From: a virus
Virus record (IMG/VR): IMGVR_UViG_3300009159_000032
Length of the DNA stretch: 64,000 nucleotides
Strand: one strand, 5' to 3'
Of the stretch, positions 9,229-18,321 are shown piece after piece. Every line of letters starts with the position of its first letter. Position 1 is the first letter of the stretch. The notes below the pieces were generated by a model. That model saw nothing but the letters and a program-made list of their open reading frames with translations, was not told the origin of the DNA and made no database searches. A program made the translations under genes and the position numbers.

Positions 9229-9895
9229 AATTATATTATAAATACCTCGGCAGTAGAAGTCAAGCCTGATGATAAAGTTTTTATTTAAGTCCTAACATAT
9301 GATACGGTGGATTCCAAAATGCTATGCTAAACATAAGCCTAGGATTTTCTGCCGATAAAGGTTTATTAAATCTTACTCGATGCGGTATTTCGGGATTAAA
9401 AATTATAGGTTTAGTTAATTCGTAATGATCAAGTAATATAGCATCATTATTATCAAATTTTAATTCCCAATAATCAACTCCGTTTTCCTTAGCAGGAATT
9501 TTTTCTATTTTTTTTATTTTAAAAAATTCAGTTACTGCTGTTCCTATATTATTACTTAACGGAAAATTCATTCTTGGATATGATGATCCAGAATCAATAT
9601 GTATCTGAGACGAATCAAAAAATCCTAATATCCAAAAATGAGCAGGTTTTAAATTAAGATCTATAAGCCATTTATCTAATTCAGGAACAGCTTCCAAAAG
9701 TCTTTTTAAATATCGACCACGAATAGGGCCACGCCAAGTACCTGTAGTTGTTAACCAGTTTGTTGTTGCTAGATATTCTAAAGATTTTTTAATTATAATT
9801 TCTTGATCTGGACAATCTAAATATATAAAGTTTTTTGCCATAATTATATTATAGATGCTGTTGCTGAAGAAGTCAAGCCTGATGATAAAGTTTTT
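8670..9895. repeat. Direct tandem duplication, ~613 bp period
   Basis: 9141-9282 closely matches 9754-9895, including a relic of the 3' end of the 9844-10773 gene. Confidence 0.85.
9281..9841 (-). CDS. 2OG-Fe(II)/cupin-like oxygenase (tandem copy B)
   Basis: IHIDSG and PHRV; paralogue of 8668-9228. Confidence 0.55.
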   Translation of the reverse strand: MAKNFIYLDCPDQEIIIKKSLEYLATTNWLTTTGTWRGPIRGRYLKRLLEAVPELDKWLIDLNLKPAHFWILGFFDSSQIHIDSGSSYPRMNFPLSNNIGTAVTEFFKIKKIEKIPAKENGVDYWELKFDNNDAILLDHYELTKPIIFNPEIPHRVRFNKPLSAENPRLMFSIAFWNPPYHMLGLK

Positions 9896-10773
9896 ACAAC
9901 CTTATGATACTGATGATCAGAGGTACCTAGCCATTGATCTTTTCTACTGATCACAGTCTGTATATCTGGATGTTGAAATATTGTACTAGTCTCTACATGC
10001 TCATACCCAGTTTGTTTTATTCGCTGTTCTAGATTAAATCCTGTACCTCTATTAAAAACTTCTACCTTGGTGGAGTTTGTACCCAGCCGGCCTGGAAAAC
10101 CATGATTGGCTAATTTTTCAATAGCAGGGTCGACAAGGAAGGCTAACATCTGTTCGGGAGTGTAACTTAGAAAAAATGGTGTACCATCAAGGCCGTGTTT
10201 CTTCCAGTAGGTTAATTGGCTGTGACTAAATTCTTCCTCGTCAAGATACCACAAATTATCTTTAGAGTTTAATTTTAAATGAGGAGGATCATTACCTGTT
10301 ATCACAGTACCGTCAAGCTGACTGGCTAACCACATGTTGCAAGGAATTTGAAAAGCAGAACATTTAATTGACTCGGCAATTTCTAATAACTGTCCGGACT
10401 CAACAAACTTGTCGTAATCTAAATCAATAACTGTAGGAGTAATATTTTTAGCTTCACAGAATTTGAAAGCATATTGTGTTTCGTGATGATTATATTGTGT
10501 ACGCATGATCACAACTTCCACAGTCATGCCAAACTTCAAAAGTATACTAAGCACATATTCACTATCAAGCCCGCCGCTATAGCACAGGTGAAGTTTGCCT
10601 CGTTTGCGTTCCCATAACATTTCAGCAGCGATTAAAGTTTCTTCGTAGTAACTTCTTACAGGCCTACGTGGGGGATCAATTTCCACAGTCCATGTAGGAC
10701 CATTGCCCGAACTTCTAAGATAATTGTTATCTACTAATTGCATTGAGTTATTTTTTAAATTGGTAAGATGCAT
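9844..10773 (-). CDS. PP-loop ATPase (asparagine-synthase C-terminal / adenine nucleotide alpha-hydrolase-like)
   Basis: LCYSGGLDSE PP-loop; no glutaminase domain; likely start at ATG 10743, downstream of a TAAATA motif. Confidence 0.65.
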   Translation of the reverse strand: MHLTNLKNNSMQLVDNNYLRSSGNGPTWTVEIDPPRRPVRSYYEETLIAAEMLWERKRGKLHLCYSGGLDSEYVLSILLKFGMTVEVVIMRTQYNHHETQYAFKFCEAKNITPTVIDLDYDKFVESGQLLEIAESIKCSAFQIPCNMWLASQLDGTVITGNDPPHLKLNSKDNLWYLDEEEFSHSQLTYWKKHGLDGTPFFLSYTPEQMLAFLVDPAIEKLANHGFPGRLGTNSTKVEVFNRGTGFNLEQRIKQTGYEHVETSTIFQHPDIQTVISRKDQWLGTSDHQYHKVVKTLSSGLTSSATASII

Positions 10774-10786
10774 ATTTACCAGGATC

Positions 10787-10814
10787 TTGACAGGCTAAAA
10801 TAAAAAAGTATAAT
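10787..10814 (+). promoter_or_regulatory. sigma70-type promoter for the acpS operon
   Basis: TTGACA-N16-TATAAT. Confidence 0.75.
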
Positions 10815-10820
10815 TACAGT

Positions 10821-11201
10821 ATGATAAAAGGTACCGGTATAGACATTGTCGATCTTAGAAGATTTCAATCTATGGATTCAAATAGATTAGAACGCCTTGC
10901 CAAAAGAATTCTTACAGAAAAAGAATTAACTGAATATCGTGCTCAGGTTGATGCAAGAAAATTTGTATTCCTTGCCAAACACTGGAGTGTGAAAGAATCA
11001 GTAGCCAAAGCATATGGCACAGGTATTTCTGGCATAGTTGTTTGGAAAAATATAGAACTTTCAAAATCTTTATTTGGACGACCACAAATAACTTTTTTAA
11101 ATTTTTTAGGAAAAATGGCCAAAGATTTAGTCTGCCACGTTAGTATAAGTCACGACGGAGACTACTTGATTTCATCCGCTGTGTTAGAATATGCATGTTG
11201 A
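10821..11201 (+). CDS. acpS: Holo-ACP synthase (4'-phosphopantetheinyl transferase)
   Basis: GTGIDIV, WSVKESVAKAYGTG and SISHDGDY motifs. Confidence 0.93.
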   Translation: MIKGTGIDIVDLRRFQSMDSNRLERLAKRILTEKELTEYRAQVDARKFVFLAKHWSVKESVAKAYGTGISGIVVWKNIELSKSLFGRPQITFLNFLGKMAKDLVCHVSISHDGDYLISSAVLEYAC

Positions 11202-11739
11202 AATTTGGGTGCAGGGTACTGACTCTAAATTAGATTCTTTATTTGAAGAACTACGTATTAAACAGCATAGCGATACTTCACATCCCCTCTATAGAAACTA
11301 TGCGGCAGAGGCATTTGTGGAATGTTCAGCTCTATCAATAACCTTTGAAGATAACAAACCTATTGTTGTAGGTAGCATACTGACTCGAAATTGTTGGCCA
11401 AAAAATACCTACAGGATATTAAACAGATTTTGGAAAGTACATGAGCACAGGCTTCCACATCTAGATCGCAATCACGGAATGGCTATATTCAGCAAAACTG
11501 TTGAAGCTCATGTACACTATGCAGAAAAAGAACTAAATGCAGATCTAGTCTTTATCAGCAGACAGCACGATAATTGGCAAGCATTTACTAAACGGATTCT
11601 AATACAAAAAATTGGCATTGAATTTAAATACAATGATTACAAATATCTTACCTGCGGAAACGAACATGATGATACTTGTTGGCAAAAGATTGTCTATCGC
11701 GGCCGTGAAGATTTGTTAACTGATTGGAAAAAGAGATGA
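11191..11739 (+). CDS. Putative GNAT-fold acyltransferase
   Basis: GNAT-like strand order; ILNRFW resembles the SRF motif of acyl-ACP-dependent synthases (LuxI/FeeM-like). Confidence 0.45.
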   Translation: MHVEIWVQGTDSKLDSLFEELRIKQHSDTSHPLYRNYAAEAFVECSALSITFEDNKPIVVGSILTRNCWPKNTYRILNRFWKVHEHRLPHLDRNHGMAIFSKTVEAHVHYAEKELNADLVFISRQHDNWQAFTKRILIQKIGIEFKYNDYKYLTCGNEHDDTCWQKIVYRGREDLLTDWKKR

Positions 11740-12515
11740 AAGAAATTATCAAAGGTATGTTTAGAATGTACAGCATTGTACCTGTATGGTTTGTGGGACT
11801 CTATGCTATCTATACCGTAGTAATTGGAACTGCACCTAGTTGGTGGTGGATAGGAACCTTCATTGGCTATGTGTGCATTATGATGCTAGGTGTTAGTGCA
11901 GGATATCATCGCTTGCTTAGTCATCGAGGCTTCGAAGTACATCCTTGGGTAAAACGGTTGATGTTATGGTTTGCTGCCCTTTCATGTCAAGGTAGTCCTA
12001 TTTTTTGGGTAACAATACACCGAGGGTATCATCATCGATATGCTGATCAAGAACGTGACCCGCATCGACCCGCAGACGGATTTTGGCATAGCTATATGTT
12101 ATGGATGTTTAAGATCAAAGACGGAGATCACAATACCAAATATGTTGTAGACCTATTACGTGATCCTATCTGTATTTTCTTTCACAAATACTATAATTAT
12201 ATTATTTGGGTCAGTCATGTTGCTATTGCCTTTATCAGTGTTGACCTTTGGTTATATACTGTGATGTTACCTGCATTTTTAACCATTCATAGTTTTGCCT
12301 TACAGACCAGTCTCAATCATTCGCAAGTTTACGGATATAAAAATGCAGAAACTAACGACCATGGTGTTAATGTAATTTGGCTATTTCCTTTGATACTGGG
12401 AGAAGCATGGCACAACAATCACCACTCGGATGCTAAGAATCCAAATTATGGCAGTCGTCGTTGGTGGGAGTTAGATCCCACGTATTGGTTAATTAAATTA
12501 ATTAGAACCGGTTAA
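11736..12515 (+). CDS. Membrane fatty-acyl desaturase (delta-9-like)
   Basis: His boxes HRLLSH, HRGYHH and HNNHH, plus WWELDP; transmembrane segments. Confidence 0.92.
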   Translation: MKEIIKGMFRMYSIVPVWFVGLYAIYTVVIGTAPSWWWIGTFIGYVCIMMLGVSAGYHRLLSHRGFEVHPWVKRLMLWFAALSCQGSPIFWVTIHRGYHHRYADQERDPHRPADGFWHSYMLWMFKIKDGDHNTKYVVDLLRDPICIFFHKYYNYIIWVSHVAIAFISVDLWLYTVMLPAFLTIHSFALQTSLNHSQVYGYKNAETNDHGVNVIWLFPLILGEAWHNNHHSDAKNPNYGSRRWWELDPTYWLIKLIRTG

Positions 12516-12749
12516 CAGCAGAATTCCGTTATAAAGATCACGTACAGTACGAGCATTTCTAGTATCTGGATGATCCATGTCAATTTCAATTTTGAATTCG
12601 TCTTCGCAAGCCACTATCATTTCTGTAAGGCTTAGACTGTCCAGTCTAAGATCTTCATAAAGGTTTAAATCTAAATGTACATTGGATTCAGATTCTTTGT
12701 ATACATTAACAATTTGTAGCAGTCTTTGTTCGATATTTGTCATAGTCAT
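12498..12749 (-). CDS. acpP: Acyl carrier protein 2
   Basis: LRLDSLSLTEMIVACEDEFKIEI; 83 aa, acidic. Confidence 0.88.
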   Translation of the reverse strand: MTMTNIEQRLLQIVNVYKESESNVHLDLNLYEDLRLDSLSLTEMIVACEDEFKIEIDMDHPDTRNARTVRDLYNGILLLTGSN

Positions 12750-12788
12750 CTTAGATTAAATAACTACTTATAACAAACAGAGAGAAAT

Positions 12789-12817
12789 TTGACAATTATC
12801 GATTACCGTGTTACAAT
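12789..12817 (+). promoter_or_regulatory. sigma70-type promoter for the tRNA-like RNA
   Basis: TTGACA-N17-TACAAT. Confidence 0.75.
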
Positions 12818-12822
12818 GATAG

Positions 12823-12924
12823 ACGGTCGTGAGCAAATTGGCAAAGCTCCCACCCAATTGGGTCGGGGATGGGGCAGAGTCTTAGACAGCGCCTTTGTAG
12901 GTTCGAAGCCTACCGACCGTACCA
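12823..12924 (+). tRNA. Non-canonical 102-nt tRNA-like RNA (no assignable anticodon)
   Basis: Perfect acceptor ACGGTCG/CGACCGT plus A-CCA; D arm AGC-AAATTGGCAAA-GCT; T arm GTAGG-TTCGAAG-CCTAC; the anticodon region is an ACCC-AATT-GGGT palindrome. Confidence 0.7.
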
Positions 12925-12939
12925 AATTTTGAGAATATT

Positions 12940-13674
12940 ATGTCCGAAGCATTTAATAACTACGTAGCATGGTCCTGGAAAAGACGAGAAGAACTTACCA
13001 ATTTAGTTTTTGATAGAACTAAAGGTCATATATTCAAAGGACCGTTTCAGGGAATGAAAATTTTACCCAAATGGAGTTGGGGGGACGGAGACAGTGCAGG
13101 CAAACTGCTAGGTCTATATGAATGTGAATTATTTGAAAGCATTGAATATGAAATAGCACATGAACCTGATCTTGTGTTGAACATCGGTAGTGCCGAAGGC
13201 TACTACGGTATTGGATTTGGCATGAGAACCAACGCACAGATTGTACTAGTTGATGTACAGCAGCCTGCCATTGATATTGCTAGAGAAAATGCTCAGGTTA
13301 ATAAGGTAAACAAAATACAGTTCAGCACCGACAGTAGTGTTGAAAATTTTAGATCATACCTCAGCAAATATGACAGGCCGCTAATTTTTATGGACTGCGA
13401 AGGATACGAAGAAGACTTCTTAGATCTAGAAAAAATTCCAGAGCTAGTTAAAACATCAGTGATTGTTGAAAGCCACGACTGTATACGTGCAGGATTGACT
13501 GACAAACTTATAGACCGTTTCAAAGACACACATCAAATCGAATCAATTCGACAAGGTGCTAAAAATCCCTATATCTTTATAATCGATGATCTCAGCGATT
13601 ACGACAAAGTTTTACTCTGTTGTGAATCAAGACCCAGCACTATGACTTGGCTGCATATGAGACCACTGAGTTGA
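12940..13674 (+). CDS. FkbM-like class I SAM-dependent methyltransferase
   Basis: LNIGSAEGYYG motif I and FMDCEGYE. Confidence 0.7.
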   Translation: MSEAFNNYVAWSWKRREELTNLVFDRTKGHIFKGPFQGMKILPKWSWGDGDSAGKLLGLYECELFESIEYEIAHEPDLVLNIGSAEGYYGIGFGMRTNAQIVLVDVQQPAIDIARENAQVNKVNKIQFSTDSSVENFRSYLSKYDRPLIFMDCEGYEEDFLDLEKIPELVKTSVIVESHDCIRAGLTDKLIDRFKDTHQIESIRQGAKNPYIFIIDDLSDYDKVLLCCESRPSTMTWLHMRPLS

Positions 13675-13724
13675 CTTTCAGTTTTAATAGTGCGTATAAT
13701 AGCTGTACTTAAATAAAATCATGC

Positions 13725-13798
13725 GCCCTGCTAGTTAAGTGGTATAACATCTGTTTTGTAATCAGAAATTGGCAGTTCGATTCTGTCGCGGGGCACCA
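13725..13798 (+). tRNA. tRNA-Thr(TGT)
   Basis: Acceptor GCCCTGC/GCGGGGC, loop TT-TGT-AA, T arm GGCAG-TTCGATT-CTGTC, CCA; promoter TTGACT-N18-TATAAT at 13671-13700. Confidence 0.92.
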
Positions 13799-13811
13799 AC
13801 TTAAAGATACT

Positions 13812-14666
13812 ATGAAAAAAATATACGATTGCTTTACATTCTACAATGAGTTCGACATTTTAGAATTACGATTACAAGAACACTGGGACCATGTAGATAA
13901 ATTTGTTATTGCAGAAGCTAACATGACACACCAAGGAAAACCTAAAGAATTCCTATTAGAGCAAAACTGGGACAGAGTCAAAGACTACGCTGATAAAATT
14001 ATTCATATCAAGGTAGACGACATGCCCACAAATGATAATGCATGGGTTCCTGAAAACTATCAACGCAATGCACTAGCAAGAGGACTTGCCGATGCAGATG
14101 AGGAAGATGTTATTTTAATTTCAGACTGTGATGAAATGATTCGTGATGCAGCGTTTGAATTTATTAAAGAGTCAGACCATTCATTATGGGCTACTAGAAT
14201 TCCTTTATTCTATTTTAAATTAAATTACATGATGCACAAACCCAACACTACGTTAATTGGTGCAATAGGTGTGAGAAAAAAATTCCTACGTAATCCGCAA
14301 GATGTTCGTAACATGGGTGTAGGATTAATGCAACGTCCGTGGGACTATAATGACGGAGTACAATGTAGTATTCCCCACGCAGGGTGGCACTTTTCTTACT
14401 TTGGTAACGAAAATCATGTACGTAATAAAATACAGAGTTTTGCACATCGCGAAACTAATAACGATTATATCTTAGGAAATCTTAACCTAGATGAAATGTT
14501 GAAGAACAAACGTGGGCTTGATCCAAATAGCACAACTGAAGAATTTGAATATGTCGAAGTTGATGAATACTTTCCCAATACTGTGATCAATAATTTAGAA
14601 AAATATCAAAACTTTATTATTGACGGTGCTACTAAGAACGTGTTAGATTTTTTACCAGCAGAATAA
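13812..14666 (+). CDS. Glycosyltransferase family 17-like (beta-1,4-GlcNAc transferase-like)
   Basis: [28 protein letters not shown] and GWHFSY. Confidence 0.8.
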   Translation: MKKIYDCFTFYNEFDILELRLQEHWDHVDKFVIAEANMTHQGKPKEFLLEQNWDRVKDYADKIIHIKVDDMPTNDNAWVPENYQRNALARGLADADEEDVILISDCDEMIRDAAFEFIKESDHSLWATRIPLFYFKLNYMMHKPNTTLIGAIGVRKKFLRNPQDVRNMGVGLMQRPWDYNDGVQCSIPHAGWHFSYFGNENHVRNKIQSFAHRETNNDYILGNLNLDEMLKNKRGLDPNSTTEEFEYVEVDEYFPNTVINNLEKYQNFIIDGATKNVLDFLPAE

Positions 14667-14667
14667 T

Positions 14668-15822
14668 ATGAGCCAAAAATTTCGTTTCCATATATTGGGG
14701 TTACCCCATACTGTATCCAGCAAAGAATACAATGCCTGTGCCTATACTCAGAAGGTAGTCAAGTTTGGCAAAATGATGAAAGAGCGTGGGCACTACATCA
14801 TTCATTACGGACATGAGGAAAGTGATCTTGTCTGCGACGAGCATGTGACCGTTAGCACAAATAAAGATTTAGAAATTGCCTATGGTAACTACAATTGGCG
14901 TGAAAACTTTTTTAAGTTCGATACCAATGATCATGCATATCAAACGTTTTACAAAAATGCTATTCGTGAAATAGGTCTACGCAAACAACCTAAAGATTTT
15001 ATTCTTCCGTTTTGGGGTTCGGGTGTACGTGCTATTTGCGATGCTCACGAAGATATGATCTGTGTTGAACCAGGTATTGGTTATGCAGGCGGGCATTGGG
15101 CACGATGGAAAATATTTGAAAGCTATGCTATCATGCATGCCTATTTTGGTTTGAACAGTGTAGGTACTTGTAATCAAGATTGGTACAATGCTGTGATTCC
15201 AAACTACTTTGACCTAGATGATTTTACTTTTGCTCCAGAAGAAAAAGAAGATTATTTCCTATTTTTAGGCCGTGTGTACGAGGGCAAAGGTACACATATT
15301 GCTATTGAAGTAACAAGAGAAATTGGTGCCAAACTTAAGATTGCAGGACAAAATAATCTAGCATCCATGGGTTATGCCAAAACTCCAGACCATGTTGAGT
15401 TTATTGGTTATGCTGATGTACCTACTCGCAAACGTCTAATGAGTCGTGCCAAGGCTGCATTTGCTCCTAGCCTATATACAGAACCGTTTGGCGGAGTTCA
15501 GGTCGAAATGTTACTAAGTGGTACTCCTACTATCACTACTGATTGGGGGTCATTTAGCGAAAACAATATACAAGGTGTGACAGGTTATCGTTGCCGTACA
15601 ATGGATCAATTTAAATGGGCTGCTAAAAATATTGATAAAATTGATCCTGCTAACTGCCGTAAGTTTGGAGAAAACTTTAGTTTAGATCGTGTTGCTCCTA
15701 TGTACGAAGAATACTTCCAAATGGTTTATGATGTGTATGATGGCAAAGGTTGGTACGCAGAACATCCAGAAAGAACTGATTTAAATTGGTTAGCAAGACA
15801 ACATCCTGGATTATCTTTATGA
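14668..15822 (+). CDS. GT-B (GT4-like) glycosyltransferase
   Basis: [10 protein letters not shown] and [23 protein letters not shown]. Confidence 0.85.
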   Translation: MSQKFRFHILGLPHTVSSKEYNACAYTQKVVKFGKMMKERGHYIIHYGHEESDLVCDEHVTVSTNKDLEIAYGNYNWRENFFKFDTNDHAYQTFYKNAIREIGLRKQPKDFILPFWGSGVRAICDAHEDMICVEPGIGYAGGHWARWKIFESYAIMHAYFGLNSVGTCNQDWYNAVIPNYFDLDDFTFAPEEKEDYFLFLGRVYEGKGTHIAIEVTREIGAKLKIAGQNNLASMGYAKTPDHVEFIGYADVPTRKRLMSRAKAAFAPSLYTEPFGGVQVEMLLSGTPTITTDWGSFSENNIQGVTGYRCRTMDQFKWAAKNIDKIDPANCRKFGENFSLDRVAPMYEEYFQMVYDVYDGKGWYAEHPERTDLNWLARQHPGLSL

Positions 15823-16757
15823 AAAGAGTAGTATTTTATTTTGAACCTAACTGGGCCTTTGGCACAGTACACTACGAGCTATTTAAATATCTATGGGGTT
15901 ACGGATTTAACTGCCAATTGCTTCCTTGGAATACCAGTTATACCAGAGAAGAAATGTTAGAGCTCAACGAAACTACTGATCTATTTGTAACTACACCTCA
16001 CGGTTGGCGATTCCTTGGTTACAACTACGGTACTGTTAAACCAGAACAATGTGTAATTATCAGTCATGCCAAGTTAGATATGACTGAACTTATACATTTT
16101 CACGGATACGAAGATTTTGATAAGTTCCATCGGTATGCTTGTGTTAGTCAGTGGCTAGTCGACCTTAGTAAAGAATTAGGGATTCAACGTCCCGCAGCAC
16201 TTACTCCAGTCGCTATTAACTGTAATACGTTTTATAGCCTGCCCAATGACAGCCTAAAAGTTGTAGGTTATACAGGATCATTTCATCCTAAAGAAGAATT
16301 TAGTGACGACATGGTGCAGTCAAATCTAGCACAACCCAAATATCACAAACGTGGTTGGTTGGTAAAAGAAGCAGTGGATCGTGCTGGTCTTGAATTTAGA
16401 GTAGCACAGCCCTATCATCACAGTTTTGTAACCATGCCCGGATTTTATAAAATGATTGATGCAGTGGTTGCAGGGAGTACAGAAGAAGGTGCCGGGCTCC
16501 CAGTTATGGAAGGTGGTGCTTCTGGAAAACTGGTAATCAGCACTGCTGTTGGACACTGGCATCAAAGGATTGGGGACAAAGGCGGATATGCTGTTCCTGT
16601 AGAAGAAAAAGAATTCCTCGAGCGTACAGTCGAAATTCTCAGTTACTATAAATCAAATCCAGAAAAATATCGTCAAAGATGCTTGGAAATACAAAATCAC
16701 GCACAGAGTTACGATTGGAAATACGTTATTGATCGCTGGGTAGACATTTTATCATAG
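15819..16757 (+). CDS. GT-B glycosyltransferase
   Basis: [24 protein letters not shown] donor-binding motif. Confidence 0.75.
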   Translation: MKRVVFYFEPNWAFGTVHYELFKYLWGYGFNCQLLPWNTSYTREEMLELNETTDLFVTTPHGWRFLGYNYGTVKPEQCVIISHAKLDMTELIHFHGYEDFDKFHRYACVSQWLVDLSKELGIQRPAALTPVAINCNTFYSLPNDSLKVVGYTGSFHPKEEFSDDMVQSNLAQPKYHKRGWLVKEAVDRAGLEFRVAQPYHHSFVTMPGFYKMIDAVVAGSTEEGAGLPVMEGGASGKLVISTAVGHWHQRIGDKGGYAVPVEEKEFLERTVEILSYYKSNPEKYRQRCLEIQNHAQSYDWKYVIDRWVDILS

Positions 16758-16816
16758 TTAACTATGTAGTTAATAGCAGATTTTTTCTAGATAATTACAT
16801 AAAACAGGGGAACGCT

Positions 16817-17554
16817 GTGACCAAAGCACAACACTATGATTGGTCTGAGTTAAGTAGGCATCTAGTTATAGAGATGGTAAGTCTTGCAGGACCGATGGTT
16901 ATCCAAAAAAATTTAACTCCTAAAAATTATACCTCCATTATTAGAAAAATAATACGTTTTTTTCAAATCCCAATACATATACGTTCTTCCTATGGACCAA
17001 CATCGGATCCCAACTGTGTATGGATTGGTGGTTTATATGACGGTAGATTAGATAGAAAAAATTTCAAAGCAATTACACTGACCTTGCATTTTAACATAGG
17101 TGCAAAATCTATCAAAATAAAAAAATCTAATTTTAAAAAAATGTGTGCTAGTTTTGCTGACACTCTACTGCATGAAATTATACACACACGGCAATATCGA
17201 AGAAGAGGCTTTGTTGATATCCCTGGATATCTAAGTACAGCACAGGCAGGTAAACAACGTTCAGAACAAAATTATCTTGGACATCCTGATGAAATAGATG
17301 CTTACAGTTTCAACATTGTTTGTCAGTTGCTTGATCAATTTCGTAATGATCAGAAAAAAATTGTCAAATATCTCAATTCAGATCTATCAAATAAAAAGAA
17401 ACCCGATAATCCTTTTATATCATATCTAAAAGCGTTTGATCACGACCACGATCACATTGTAATAAAAAGATTAAAAAAGAAAATAATTAACTACATGCCC
17501 AACGCTAAAGAAATAGGCAAGCCCTATAAAACAACTGATTGGTTAAAAAAATGA
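16817..17554 (+). CDS. Putative zincin-like metalloprotein (HExxH)
   Basis: LLHEIIHTRQ and YLGHPDEIDAY; GTG start. Confidence 0.5.
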   Translation: MTKAQHYDWSELSRHLVIEMVSLAGPMVIQKNLTPKNYTSIIRKIIRFFQIPIHIRSSYGPTSDPNCVWIGGLYDGRLDRKNFKAITLTLHFNIGAKSIKIKKSNFKKMCASFADTLLHEIIHTRQYRRRGFVDIPGYLSTAQAGKQRSEQNYLGHPDEIDAYSFNIVCQLLDQFRNDQKKIVKYLNSDLSNKKKPDNPFISYLKAFDHDHDHIVIKRLKKKIINYMPNAKEIGKPYKTTDWLKK

Positions 17555-18270
17555 GAAAAAAAATTAAAAGATTTAATTGTTGTCCTAAGTTAGACAAGCC
17601 AGTGGTTGTTCCTACTAGAAAAGAAATACTAGAAATATTAGAGGAATTAAGACCAAAGATTGTAGATCATTTTTACAGTGTTGATGAGTTAATTCAAGAC
17701 TTGGGTGTATTCATTGGACAGCGATTTAATGTTGATGTAAAACATGCTGAAGCCAGTCAAGTAGATCAAAATGATTTAGATCTAAATGGATATTATGACG
17801 GAGGTCTTGACGAGGGTGGAGATATTCCAATCGAAATATATCTCATAACCAATCCTATGCAGGACGTTATGATTATTGATAATACTACATTTAATAATAT
17901 TATTCGACGGATTGCTGATACCCTTAGCCACGAAGTAATACACATGAGTCAATATCGTGCTAGAGATTTTCTCGAAGTTGAAAAAATAGAGTACGCACCA
18001 GACGAAATGGAAGAAGATGAAGAGAATCGTTTCTATCTAAGTTCATTAGACGAGATCAATGCCTATGCCTATAACATAGCCAACGAGCTTTTGGATAGAC
18101 ATGCATACGCAGTTGTGTTGGAAAAACTACATAAAATTAAAGAAATATCAGTTGAAGATAGTATCAATCTTTGGGCTTATGTTAATGCGTTTTCCAAAGA
18201 TGTTAATCATCCGGTACTCAAACGATTGATCAAAAAAGTCTACAAAAATTTGGGTAATCTTTCTAAATAA
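17551..18270 (+). CDS. Putative zincin-like metalloprotein, paralogue of the preceding gene
   Basis: LSHEVIHMSQ and YLSSLDEINAY. Confidence 0.5.
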   Translation: MRKKIKRFNCCPKLDKPVVVPTRKEILEILEELRPKIVDHFYSVDELIQDLGVFIGQRFNVDVKHAEASQVDQNDLDLNGYYDGGLDEGGDIPIEIYLITNPMQDVMIIDNTTFNNIIRRIADTLSHEVIHMSQYRARDFLEVEKIEYAPDEMEEDEENRFYLSSLDEINAYAYNIANELLDRHAYAVVLEKLHKIKEISVEDSINLWAYVNAFSKDVNHPVLKRLIKKVYKNLGNLSK

Positions 18271-18286
18271 TCGGTAAATCCGAGTC

Positions 18287-18315
18287 TTGACAAAACCAGT
18301 ATTGTGCTGTATACT
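18287..18315 (+). promoter_or_regulatory. sigma70-type promoter
   Basis: TTGACA-N17-TATACT with extended TG. Confidence 0.75.
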
Positions 18316-18321
18316 TATAGC

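Noticed and set aside
6600-12749. The cluster as contaminating bacterial housekeeping FAS II
   Set aside because: It lacks the fabD/fabG/fabH context, shares phage-type promoters with the rest of the window, and sits between phage tRNA genes. Read-level confirmation is still needed.
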